A DNA stretch of 64,000 nucleotides from Picochlorum sp. SENEW3 (taxonomy: Eukaryota): the NCBI GenBank assembly GCA_034226945.1, contig CP120455.1:682001-746000 (forward strand), in the 5' to 3' direction. The notes beneath the pieces were generated by a model, which worked only from the letters and a program-made list of their open reading frames with translations, was not told the DNA's origin and made no database searches. Positions 44,166-55,501 of the stretch are shown here, one piece after another. Made by a program: the position numbers and the translations under genes. Positions within the stretch are counted from its first letter, which is position 1. Every line of letters starts with the position of its first letter.

Positions 44166-44592
44166 TAGGGCATTTATAATGTATACAGAATACAATGTAG
44201 CTGGCATTTTGCCATTTGATCTTTTATTGAGGGCCAATCGCAATCTCATCATGGGACGCGTGTTGATCAAACAGTATATCTGTTGGGGAATCTCTCTCGT
44301 GAGGTCAGCAATTGCTGCGGCATGATGTGATTCTGATTGCAGCTGGTATGACATGTATCTTGTGAGGCAGTAATGAAAACACAAATGTGCCAAAGGATCG
44401 AAGCATAGGAAATTGCCTCTCGTGTACAATGGCGACAATTTGGCTAGCCATATGGCTACATGCATGTATGGGCAAATCCGAGAGAATTTCCAGCCTGATT
44501 GATGTATCGTATCATCAGCTTTGAGCAAATTCCTTGTATCGTACGTCCTGAAATAGCAAAGTGCAGAATCATTTACATCAAATTATGTCCAT

Positions 44593-46184
44593 TTATGATG
44601 ATGTTTCGACTGCTGCGACGACTGCAGCTCCAATTACTGACGACCCGTGGGCAAGGGTGATGGCCACCCGTGAAGACAGGGAGGGGTCATCCAGAAGTTC
44701 ATCAATCGTTTCCCGTACAAGTTGACGATACCCATCAAACTTTGTGAAGGTGGATCCATCAACAGATATTTCTATTTTTTCGGAGGGCGATGCAGCATTC
44801 TCGAATTCTCTGCGGAGGATGGCCACCATGGCTGCTGCGCAGAGCCTTGCACTTCGCCTGGCCACCATGGTGCAGACTGATTTGGCTACCTGCAACTCGC
44901 ACACGCTCATCGAATGATGAAGATTAAATGCATCTTGCAATGTACATCTTGTCGTCGTCAAATCAGGAGAGTCATCGTGATAGATTGCAGAGAGGCGGGC
45001 ACCATCAAATGAATGAGGCGTCGCCAAGCCTGTTGCAGAATGATCTGACACGCCTCCATAGATACCTGTTTCTTCAGCTAGCTTTAACAAAATTCTTCGA
45101 GCGACATCTCCAATATATAATCCAGATATAAAGCTCTCAAAGAGACCATGGCCGGGATTAGCGCTGGAAAAGTCCACCCATAAATCCTCCTCACATGGTT
45201 GTATACCGCTGGCATGCGTGAGCCCACATGCAGCAATATCATGATCGAATATTTTGCAGTCTCCCCACTCGGTATTGATAATCATATAATCTCCATGCTT
45301 CCTATATGATTTTGGAAGTGTTTTGATTTTATCAACAGATTCGATGTACGAGCAATTGGTTCCTGTCCCAAGAATGACACTAGATTTCACCAGAGGTGAT
45401 CCAAATTGTGCACCAACCAGCGAGGCAACTGAATCGTTCATCAGCGCGGGAATGACAGCATTCACATTCCTTTTCTTGAAGGTGTCTCGGAGCACCTGAA
45501 CAACATTTTGGCCAAGAAGGCCTTGTCCACGAAATTTTTTGGTCCACAAAATTTGCTCACCATGATCCAGATTGTTCTGCTTGCATGCAAAGCTATAACA
45601 AAAGCCAATCACAATTCGAGTGCCCTTCACTGACTTTCCATTCTCTTTTCCAATCATCTCAAGACATTTGTCGACAACCCATTCCATCAGCATGCCGTTG
45701 TCTGTGTCGTAACATTCTTCTGGAATTTTCCACTCCTTGACATGCTTGTCAACGACCTGTTGTTTCTCGAGCACAACCCGAACAATTTTGAGGCTTGTTC
45801 CCCCTAAATCGATAGCAAAATATTCACCTTGCTCTGTTCCTTTGGGGAAACGATCGACGAATGAAGGGAGCATCATGAGACCTCCAGGTCTCCCTTCAAG
45901 TCCCAGATCCATCTGTTCTAGTATGGCATCACAAACCCGCAAAAAATCCTCCCTTCTGAGATCCAGCTTCGATCGATACTCTTCAAGAAGATATTCCTAC
46001 ATAGAAAGCAATCTTTGAGCTCGGGGAATGTATGTAGTGGGCAACGATTCGTCCATCGTACCAGTCTTGTCCTTTTCTTCCTTGTGTGCCACGCGTTGAA
46101 GGCTGCCGCGGACAGCAGCACCGAACCCAACGTAGATACAAGTAGCTTTATTGTTTTAGAATTTCTCTCCACTGTTGTCGGCAT
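44593..46184 (-). CDS. HXK: Hexokinase (divergent) with an N-terminal membrane anchor
   Basis: Exons 46184-46062 and 45996-44593; intron 46061-45997. MLPSFV, DLGGTS, WTK, ND, ILGTGTN, INTEWG, RRSARL.AA, VDGS. Confidence 0.9.
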
Positions 46185-46467
46185 GTCGTATCGTAACCGA
46201 TCGAGTCTAAGTTTTTGTTTCGTAAGATTTCGTTTTGCTTTGAGCTTGTTCTCTGGATAGAGCCGCCGACGGCCTACAATGCGAGAATATTCTCGATCTG
46301 TATTAGACTTCACAAATGAATTAATAATAAATAATTTATGTGCCTGGTAGGATACCATGAATCCGTTTCGAGATTATGTGATGGGAACTTCACCTGGCCC
46401 ATAAGAATCCTAGGCTCAAATGGAAAGAATTGAGGCCCAAATTGAAATCACACCCATCTGCATCTGC

Positions 46468-46597
46468 ATCTTTGCGCTTGGGGCATTAGTGTAGTCAATG
46501 AGGTCTTAACCGAGGACGCACTTATTGCTAGTTGAAAACAAATCCAATCCCCTCTTGCCTTAGCTGGTAAGAAATTTCTGGCAGGTCTATTGGACCA
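46468..46597 (+). ncRNA. U4: U4 spliceosomal snRNA
   Basis: 5' ATCTTTGCGCTTGGGGCA (U4/U6 stem II); kink-turn 5' stem-loop AATGAGG...AACCGAGG; TATTGCTAGTTGAAAAC (stem I); hairpin TCTTGCC..GGTAAGA; Sm site AAATTTCTGG; terminal hairpin GGTCT-ATT-GGACC. Matches my recall of plant U4. Confidence 0.95.
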
Positions 46598-46629
46598 TCC
46601 TCACATCTTTTCATCCTCGACTCGTCTTG

Positions 46630-49629
46630 TTAGACATTGCGGTGCAAGTACACGACAGCACAGCCTCCCTGGGAGCCCTCCTGCTGTTCACATTTTTCAA
46701 CTCGCGCATCTTTCCTGAGGAACTCTAGGACAGCTGCCCTCACCCTTCCCGTTTTCCCGACCCCGTGAACAACAAAAAGGATTGAGCCAGGCGGAAATGT
46801 TCCAAGTGCATCTTGGACGACCCTGACAGCATCGTCAGCAGACTCTCCGCGGACGTCGACTGTGTTCTGACTTGTCTGAATGGCAACGCCGCTATACCCA
46901 GTTGCAGTAGAGGCTTGATTTGATGGTGCCGCCTCCTTCCTATATTTTTCTTGGGAGGCTCGCGGCTTTTGCGGCTTTTTACGACTTGGTCTCAAATCGG
47001 TTAGTTTGACTTCCATGGAGAGCATCCCTGCCCGAACAGTTGCCTTGTTTTTGCTCAAGGATTCTATTGTTCCCGTCTTGCCTGCCATGGTGACAATGAG
47101 AACTTCCTCTCCTACTGCCGGCAACCAGTTCTCGACGGCTTTTTTATCTCCTTTTGAATCTTCAGATGTGATTTCTTCGTCGTATTCGATGAGTTCAATG
47201 GCTCTGGAAGCGGCTACTGCACGAGCTTCATCTGCTATTTTCTTAAGAGCCTTGTCTGCATCTGATATGGACATCTCTCCAGATTTGGCCATTTGAACCA
47301 ACGATTTGATCTCATATAATTTTGCATCGACAGCCGGTAGCTTTTCAATTTCAGTTGCTTTTTCCTCTTTCTCGAGGAGAGCCAGCTCAGCGTTCGCAGA
47401 GGACAATTCCTCTTCAACGTGTTCCAGAAGGGCTTGCTCTTTCTGGAGAGAAGCCTTGGCCATTTCAAGGTCTGCCTCAGCAGACGATATTTGTTCTGGT
47501 AGAGATTCTTTGATCGCATCCACTTGCAAGAATCTATTGTTCGAATCTTCTTTCAAACGCGCTGCAATCTCTCGAGCGTTATGAATCACCTCCATATCAA
47601 ATCCAAGGCCTTCTGCAACAGCAAGGGCATGCGATTCCCCTGAGCAACCCCAAATCATCTTGTACGTGGGCAGAAATGTCTTCACATTGAATTCTACATT
47701 CGCATCAATGAAATTTGAGCTCTCTGAAGCCAGTTCCTTCAGTTCGGCATGATGCGTTGTCACATAGGTCATGGCTGCACCTCCATATGCAAGCTCTTGC
47801 AAGATGGCAGTTGCCAATGCAGCCCCTTCGGTTGGATCTGTCCCACTTCCAACTTCATCCATTAATACCAAAGATTCGCCAGTTGTATCTGCCAAAATGT
47901 CCTTGATCCGTTTCACGTGGCCGCTAAATGTGCTGAGATTTTGCTGCAGACTTTGAGCATCACCCACATCCACCAAAACCTTATCAAACCATTTCATTTG
48001 AATTTGATCCATCTCTCTTTCGGACGAATCTCCGGCAGTCGGAATAAATAGCCCCGCTTTTGCCATGAGCGAAATCAATCCAAACGTTTTGAGGGATGCG
48101 GTCTTTCCTCCGGTGTTTGGTCCGGTAACGATCACTGCCGTTTTCCCAGATGGGATGAGAAAATCAATCGGCACTGGGTGAAAATCATAGTCTTGCTTTG
48201 ATGTCTCTGCAACTGCATCCTGAGTAGGACTTTGTCGTTTTAACTCGCCTTTCTCATCTCTGTCCCATAATTCTGGTATCAAATTAATGCCTTCTAATGC
48301 ACTAGAAAAGGATTCCTGACTGATTGAAAACCCTGAAGCTTGTGGCAAATTTGGTTGTGGCAAAGGCTGTACATGTGGCTCCAATAACAGAGGATGGTAC
48401 ACCTGTCTGCAAACTATCCCATTGACAGAAGACGAGTTGAAATTTGGCTTCTCCCCCCGCATCCACAGTGCATGCTGTGCTCTCGCAAAAGCAAGATCAA
48501 GCTTTGTTATTGCCGACAGTATCCTCGTGATTTCCCCTGAATTTTTTGCTATTAATTTGGACAATTCTTCTAAAATTAAACTCTCTTCCCGCTTTTCAGC
48601 TTCCGACAAGTATGTTTCTGCGTTATTCAAAGGAATCAAAGGCTCTGGCTCCATATACATGGTGCTCTTTGAACCACTCGTTGCAAGAACCACTGATCCC
48701 TTGGGCAGCTCTCCATTTCTACCAGCTTTGACTGGTATACAACGGCGATCCCTTCGAATAACTACTTGAGCCCTTTCTGACGCGCCACAAGATTGCATTT
48801 TTCTTGCCCATTCATCAGCCATCCGACCGAGAGATTCAAAATTGGCTTTCCTCTCTTCTCTAACCTTGGCCAACTCACTCGATGCAGAATCCAGAATGCG
48901 CCCATCCTTTACGTTGATTTTTTCATGAATAAGTGCTGCAAGATCCAAGTCAAATTCATCGTGATGCTGAACGATCTTCTTCAGGTGCACACACCCTTCA
49001 TGAGCTGCCAACTGTTCAACAATCCTATCAACAGATTCCAACGTGGTTGCAAATGCCCCAATCACAAGGGGATGTAGAATTGCTCCTTGACGAGAAGCCT
49101 CAATCGCCTTTCTCACATCAAAGACACCATCAAAATTCAATTCAATATCTAATGCCTCTTTTGTTTGCTCTATAAGCTCCTGCGATTCTTCCACCGTCTC
49201 TCCAATCAAAAGTTTCCCAGTGTAAGCTCGCTGTGCAGCAGGAGGAGTCATAGCAAAACTTGCTACTTGCTTGCACACCTTGGACCATTCCAACATGTCC
49301 ATTGACCTCAATTCAGTTTTAGAAAATCTGTATTTTCTCCGCTTCTTCTTCTTGCCCTTGACCTTTGTACCATTCTCTTGTCTTTCATCTGCACCCACTT
49401 TGACTTCAGCATGACCCTCTTGAACAGAAGACAATGGCCTTGGCCCTGGACCGCGAGGACTCTGATGTGAGACGTTACTTTTCAATCTCTCAATATATCT
49501 ACTTCCCCTCAACGGCTTGGCGGGGAGTGGCCATCCATGTTTCTGCAGAACGAGAGGTGAGGAAAGCTTTTCCTGTAGCATGGCGCTTGTCCTTCCTCGT
49601 AAACGAGAAAGGGACCCACAATCTGCCAT
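46630..49629 (-). CDS. MUTS2: Plastid MutS2 (ATPase + Smr domain)
   Basis: LEW..VC, I.D.AS.EL, VTGPNTGGKTASLK, GDAQSLQQNLSTFSGH, DEVGSGTDP.EGAALA, TTH; C-terminal Smr VDVRG...VHGVG.TG. Confidence 0.95.
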   Translation of the reverse strand: MADCGSLSRLRGRTSAMLQEKLSSPLVLQKHGWPLPAKPLRGSRYIERLKSNVSHQSPRGPGPRPLSSVQEGHAEVKVGADERQENGTKVKGKKKKRRKYRFSKTELRSMDMLEWSKVCKQVASFAMTPPAAQRAYTGKLLIGETVEESQELIEQTKEALDIELNFDGVFDVRKAIEASRQGAILHPLVIGAFATTLESVDRIVEQLAAHEGCVHLKKIVQHHDEFDLDLAALIHEKINVKDGRILDSASSELAKVREERKANFESLGRMADEWARKMQSCGASERAQVVIRRDRRCIPVKAGRNGELPKGSVVLATSGSKSTMYMEPEPLIPLNNAETYLSEAEKREESLILEELSKLIAKNSGEITRILSAITKLDLAFARAQHALWMRGEKPNFNSSSVNGIVCRQVYHPLLLEPHVQPLPQPNLPQASGFSISQESFSSALEGINLIPELWDRDEKGELKRQSPTQDAVAETSKQDYDFHPVPIDFLIPSGKTAVIVTGPNTGGKTASLKTFGLISLMAKAGLFIPTAGDSSEREMDQIQMKWFDKVLVDVGDAQSLQQNLSTFSGHVKRIKDILADTTGESLVLMDEVGSGTDPTEGAALATAILQELAYGGAAMTYVTTHHAELKELASESSNFIDANVEFNVKTFLPTYKMIWGCSGESHALAVAEGLGFDMEVIHNAREIAARLKEDSNNRFLQVDAIKESLPEQISSAEADLEMAKASLQKEQALLEHVEEELSSANAELALLEKEEKATEIEKLPAVDAKLYEIKSLVQMAKSGEMSISDADKALKKIADEARAVAASRAIELIEYDEEITSEDSKGDKKAVENWLPAVGEEVLIVTMAGKTGTIESLSKNKATVRAGMLSMEVKLTDLRPSRKKPQKPRASQEKYRKEAAPSNQASTATGYSGVAIQTSQNTVDVRGESADDAVRVVQDALGTFPPGSILFVVHGVGKTGRVRAAVLEFLRKDARVEKCEQQEGSQGGCAVVYLHRNV

Positions 49630-50043
49630 TAAGTACTAAATTTAAACTATAAATAGCACATCAAGCTACTTATCATGACCATTACAGGGCTGCAGTCGAT
49701 CTCTGAAAGGCGCTCTGCATGCACATGCGCATGTGGTCAGATGTCTGTTTCAAGCCCATTGCCTGAAATTACAAAATAGAGAGTACATTATTCCATGGGG
49801 TCCAGGATTGGCCAATAAATTATACCCTAATTCCTTATGTATCTTAAGCAATCTCTCTGGGGGGAAGTAAAAGGATCCTGAAAGAGTCAAGCGAAAGCAA
49901 AAGGAATTACCATGTCTTTGTTCCTGTAATGTGCTGCAACAAGCAGCAGAGTATCGGTTCTAAATTTACATATATACAAATATATATTGACTTTCAAAGG
50001 AACTGCTGACAGATCGGTGGGGTTTTCTTGTTGGGTCAGAGGC

Positions 50044-52415
50044 ATGAAGTTCCAGTTAGAAGGCCTTACGGTCTTCTTTCCGTACGAGTACATTTATCCA
50101 GAACAATACCAATACATGGTTGAATTGAAGCATGCCCTTGATGCGAAAGGACACTGCTTGTTAGAGGTATGGCTGTCTGATACTGGGGTTCTCTCTTCTG
50201 TGTTGGGAAGCAGAAAATCTAATTCATGGGCCTTGGATTGCAGATGCCTACGGGTACTGGAAAGACTATCACACTTCTTTCACTGATAACATCATATCAA
50301 TTGGCACATCCTGAAGTGGGAAAACTGATTTACTGTACGAGAACTGTCCCAGAGATGGAAAAGGTGTTGGTAGAGCTGCAAGAGTTGATGGATTACAGAT
50401 CCAAGTATTTTCCTGATGGAAAGGAGCCTAAAATATTAGCTGTAGGGCTTTCAAGTAGAAAGAATTTGTGCGTCCATCCGACTGTCGCTGAAGAAGGATC
50501 GAGAGAGAGCACGGATGCCAAGTGTATGAGACTCACTGCTCCATGGGTCCGGGAGCGGGCAGCACAGGACCCTGGATCTGAGGAGACGTGTGAATGGTAC
50601 GAAGGGCTTGATATCGATGGACCCACAGCTAGACTCGATCCTGGTGTGTATACTCTGAAAGATATGAGAAATTTGGGCAGAAAGAAGAAATGGTGTCCCT
50701 ATTTCCTTGCTCGGCACATGATTGCCTTTTCAAATATAGTGGTATTTAACTACCAATACATGATTGACCCAAAAGTGTCGAATATGGTGAGTCGAGAGAT
50801 GGAAAAAGAATGTGTCGTCGTATTTGATGAGGCCCATAATATTGACAATGTGTGCATTGAGGCTTTGAGCGTGAATTTACGACAGCAGACTCTGGAGAAT
50901 GCAAGCAGAAACCTGGGGTCTCTTCGACGCAGGATAGATAGAGTGAAAGAGACTGATGCTGAGCGATTACGGGAAGAATATAGAAAGTTGGTGAATGGAT
51001 TGGCAAGCCAGGTAGCGCTCCCAGTGAATGGAGATGAGACAACTCAATGGTTGTCTAACCCAGCCCTGCCTCAAGATATTTTGCAGGAAGCTGTTCCCGG
51101 AAATATTCGACGAGCAGAACATTATGTGGCCTTCATGCAGCGATTTTTAGCCTTTTTGAAGAACAAAATGGATATTAGAACGGTGACGATCGAAGATCCA
51201 GGAACATTTTTAAAGTCCCTTGAGCAGGAAGTAGCCATTGATGGGAAGACGTTGAGATTCTGCTACGATAGACTTGTATCCCTCATGAGAACATTAGAGA
51301 TCTCATCAACAGATGAATACACAGCAATTCATCTCGTCGCTGATTTTGCGACTCTTGTTGCAACATATTCGAGGGGATTTGCGATAATCTCAGAGCCATA
51401 TGATGATAGACTTCCAGCCATACCAGACCCTATCATTCAATTGTCCTGTCTGGATGCATCTCTGGCAATGAAGCCTGTATTCAGCAAGTATCACACAGTC
51501 GTCATCACAAGCGGTACCCTCAGTCCAATTGATTTGTATCCTAGAATTCTGAATTTTCACCCTGTGGCCCTTGCATCGCTGAATATGACGTTGACCAGGG
51601 ACTGTCTGTGTCCAGTTGTGTTGACCAGAGGGGCTGACCAACTGCCTGTTTCTACAAAGTTTGACATGAGACAAGACCCAGGAGTTATCAGAAATTATGG
51701 TAGAATGCTTGTAGATTTAGCAGCAGCGGTTCCTGATGGCATCATATGCTTTTTCGTCTCGTATACGTATATGGACTCAATTGTGTCCAGTTGGCAAGAC
51801 ATGGGAATTCTGTCAGACCTCATGGCCCACAAACTTGTATTTATCGAAACGAAAGACGTGGTGGAAACAACTCTCGCCTTAGATAATTATAGAAGAGCAT
51901 GTGACTGCGGTAGAGGAGCTATTTTCCTCTCTGTTGCGAGGGGGAAGGTTGCTGAAGGCATTGATTTTGACCGCCATTACGGACGGTGTGTTGTCATGTT
52001 TGGAATCCCCTACCAGTACACCCTTTCCCGTATCCTCAGGGCTCGATTAGAGTATTTGAAAGAAACGTTTCAGGTGAAAGAAAGCGATTATCTGGCTTTC
52101 GATGCCATCAGACAGGCAGCCCAATGCGTTGGGAGGGTGATTAGATCAAAGGCAGACTATGGCCTCATGGTGTTTGCTGACAAGCGCTATCAGAGGGGCG
52201 ACAAGAGAGACAAGCTACCCAAATGGATTACCACAAACTTGAAAGATGCCAATGTCAACCTGTCAACGGATATGCTCGTGTCGATCGCGCGAGATTTCAT
52301 GAGGGAAATGGCTCAACCAGTTGAAGGAGAAACAGTTGGGAAGAGCCTTCTGTCTGTAGAGGCTGTAAATGCCCTTGAAATGGCCCGTAATAGTCAGAGC
52401 ATGGCAATCGACTAA
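50044..52415 (+). CDS. XPD: TFIIH helicase XPD (ERCC2/Rad3/UVH6)
   Basis: Exons 50044-50166 and 50244-52415. [21 protein letters not shown], Fe-S cysteines, [35 protein letters not shown]. Confidence 0.98.
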
Positions 52416-52657
52416 CTCTGTAACAACGTACGATACCAAACAATGTCTATATGGGTGAGGATGGCCATCTATATCTTGGGCAATCTTCAACCCCGTGGTT
52501 CTGTGGGAACATGTCCGATGCAGGACCACTTCCGATGGGACAAAGTCTGAGACACAATCTCCACCCAGGTCCCCTGATCCTCTGCAATCTGCCAGGCTAA
52601 AATCCGCGACACTAGCCACAGGAATGCAGTCTTAAATATAAGATTTAATTGTTAAAG

Positions 52658-53675
52658 ATGCAGACCGCTCGTGTTTTCGGAGTTAAGCCAGCTACTGGAC
52701 GTGTACGTTGCACAGTTTCTGACAATATCTTGTGTTATCCACTCTGGGAGGTTTGGGAAAGGTTGTGGTTTGGCACGATTTTGCAGCGCATAGTAATATC
52801 GCAGGCAATAATATGATATAAAATTATATCGATGATTATATTTGGGTAGTTGACGTGCTCCTTTCGGCCTTGCGGACGACATTTGTGACCTTGTGTCTAC
52901 TAGTGTCCAAAGACCGAATCCTGGATTTGATGCACGTGAATTTCACACGCTTAGCACGTGCTGACGAAATATTTCTTTGTTGTAGGCCACCCGCCAGGTG
53001 ACCCGCGCCGCCGTGGAGTTCTATGGCCCAGACAGAGTCAAGTTCTTGGGACCATTCACCCCAGAGGTGCCATACCTCACTGGTGAGTTCCCAGGAGACT
53101 ATGGATGGGATACCGCCGGTCTCTCTGCTGACCCAGAGACCTTTGCTCGCTACAGAGAGTGCGAGGTGATCCACGCCAGATGGGCCATGTTGGGAGCCCT
53201 CGGATGCCTCACCCCAGAGCTCCTCCAGAACAACGGAGCTGCCGACTTCGGAGACTCCGCTGTGTGGTTCAAGGCTGGTGCCTCCATCTTCTCTGAGGAT
53301 GGACTCAACTACCTCGGAAACCCAGCTCTCATCCACGCCCAGTCCATCATTGCCGTGACCTTCACCCAGGTCGTGCTCATGGGACTCATTGAGGGATACA
53401 GAGTCAACGGAGGACCAGCTGGAGAGGGACTCGACCCACTCTACCCAGGAGAGGCCTTCGACCCATTGGGATTGGCTGACGACCCAGACACCTTTGCTGA
53501 GCTCAAGGTGAAGGAGATCAAGAACGGACGCCTTGCTATGTTCTCCATGTTCGGATTCTTCGTCCAGGCTATTGTGACTGGAAAGGGACCACTCGAGAAC
53601 TTGGCCGACCACTTGGCTGACCCACAGGTCAACAACGGTTTCGCCAACGCCACCAAGTTTGTCCCAGGAAACTAA
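52658..53675 (+). CDS. LHCBM: Major LHCII chlorophyll a/b-binding protein, copy 1
   Basis: Exon 1 52658-52702 ([15 protein letters not shown]); intron 52703-52985; exon 2 52986-53675. [45 protein letters not shown]. Confidence 0.96.
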
Positions 53676-53837
53676 GTGCCTGCGCAGTGTTCCATTTAAT
53701 GATGTCTTCTTTTCATAAGACATGATTGATACATGTGTTGTTGATCGTGTTGCAAATTTTATTGCATTTTATCTTGTAAAGATGGGCATCTCATTCACTC
53801 AGAAAACTGTATACACTATCTAGAAATCATGTGACAA

Positions 53838-53984
53838 CCACTCAAGTGACTTGATGAGTGGCCATGCCGTTGCGCCACTAAAGTCCCCCAGATGGGATAT
53901 GATCCCATCTGGATTGTATCTGGATTTTCTGGCCTCAGTAGTCGACGTAAGTCTCCCATCAATAACCATAGTTGATGGGAGACT
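53838..53984. promoter_or_regulatory. Cluster of inverted repeats upstream of LHCBM copy 2
   Basis: CCACTCA/TGAGTGG (53838-53861); CCAGATGGGAT-atg-ATCCCATCTGG (53888-53912); AGTCTCCCATCAA-N9-TTGATGGGAGACT (53950-53984). Function is inferred only. Confidence 0.5.
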
Positions 53985-54114
53985 ATCCCCAATGACTTGA
54001 GATCTGATTCGGGGCAATCCAATCAGCATCATAAAATGCGGATGCCACCGAGGCTCTCAACAATATTTTATTGCAGTGAACCGATTTTGCCAAACACATA
54101 AATTTCAAACCAAA

Positions 54115-55089
54115 ATGCAGTCCGCTATGATTCGCTCCTCTGCTATGCTCAAGACCAAGGTCTCCACTTCTGGAAGGGTACGTCTTGTTGCTTTTGCTCT
54201 GTTCTCCGTCGCATCTGCTCCCAATCACTTTCACGCACGGAAAACCCAATAAAAATGTTCCAAGTGATAGCATATGACAATATCTAGACGGGTTTTGCTG
54301 ACTGTGCAACGCGTCGGAGGATGCTATCCGAGGAAGATCCATTGTGGTCAATCTTGTTCCAACATATGGATAAACTCACTGTACTTTCATGTTATTCAGG
54401 GAACCCGCCAGGTGACCCGCGCCGCCGTGGAGTTCTATGGCCCAGACAGAGTCAAGTTCTTGGGACCATTCACCCCAGAGGTGCCATACCTCACTGGTGA
54501 GTTCCCAGGAGACTACGGATGGGATACCGCCGGTCTCTCTGCTGACCCAGAGACCTTTGCTCGCTACAGAGAGTGCGAGGTGATCCACGCCAGATGGGCC
54601 ATGTTGGGAGCCCTCGGATGCCTCACCCCAGAGCTCCTCCAGAACAACGGAGCTGCCGACTTCGGAGACTCCGCTGTGTGGTTCAAGGCTGGTGCCTCCA
54701 TCTTCTCTGAGGATGGACTCAACTACCTCGGAAACCCAGCTCTCATCCACGCCCAGTCCATCATTGCCGTGACCTTCACCCAGGTCGTGCTCATGGGACT
54801 CATTGAGGGATACAGAGTCAACGGAGGACCAGCTGGAGAGGGACTCGACCCACTCTACCCAGGAGAGGCCTTCGACCCATTGGGATTGGCTGACGACCCA
54901 GACACCTTTGCTGAGCTCAAGGTGAAGGAGATCAAGAACGGACGCCTTGCTATGTTCTCCATGTTCGGATTCTTCGTCCAGGCTATTGTGACTGGAAAGG
55001 GACCACTCGAGAACTTGGCCGACCACTTGGCTGACCCACAGGTCAACAACGGTTTCGCCAACGCCACCAAGTTTGTCCCAGGAAACTAA
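54115..55089 (+). CDS. LHCBM: Major LHCII chlorophyll a/b-binding protein, copy 2
   Basis: Exon 1 54115-54177 ([21 protein letters not shown]); intron 54178-54399; exon 2 54400-55089. Mature protein identical to copy 1. Confidence 0.96.
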
Positions 55090-55501
55090 TATGATTCTTC
55101 CATTTCTAGATGCATCGAATGGATCCAATTCTTAGAGTGATTCAATTGTAATAGATGTATTTTGCACCGCACTGTATACCCGAATTCAAATTGAATTGAC
55201 TGGATTCCCTGCGTCAAGGGAATATTCTTCCCTGGCTCATGATTGGGACGTGTCGAAATTTCGAACCAAGGAGCATTTTGCCAATTCATGCCACATGATC
55301 AACCAACACGGTTACATTACACTGATTGCATTTAAATTATTGGTTATTTAATACAGTAGGGTGATTTGTCACAAGTACATTGACAACGAGGTTTGTATCC
55401 TTGAGCGAGTGGCCTCAGAGTAGTTGGTAAAAAAGTATAGGAGAACCGAGCAGGCAGTGCACATTGTCGTATATGAACCTAGCATGGTATAGAAAACAAT
55501 A

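Larger units (their letters stand above)
52989..55089 (+). repeat. Direct repeat of 687 nt (52989-53675 and 54403-55089) with a single mismatch
   Basis: Base-by-base reading; the only difference I found is synonymous, T53102 vs C54516. Confidence 0.9.

Noticed and set aside
44115..44528. 137-aa minus-strand ORF between hexokinase and the acyl-CoA ligase
   Set aside because: Only its last 15 codons before the splice donor (MESLMQNDWPLVVSK) are exon 1 of the ligase; the rest looks non-coding.
52836..53723. 295-aa antisense ORF over LHCBM copy 1 (and the 250-aa one at 54376-55128)
   Set aside because: These are shadows of the strong codon bias of a highly expressed gene and show no recognisable protein features.
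55200..55330. GGTTCGAAAT on the minus strand resembling a tRNA T-loop
   Set aside because: No cloverleaf, acceptor stem or D-arm can be formed.
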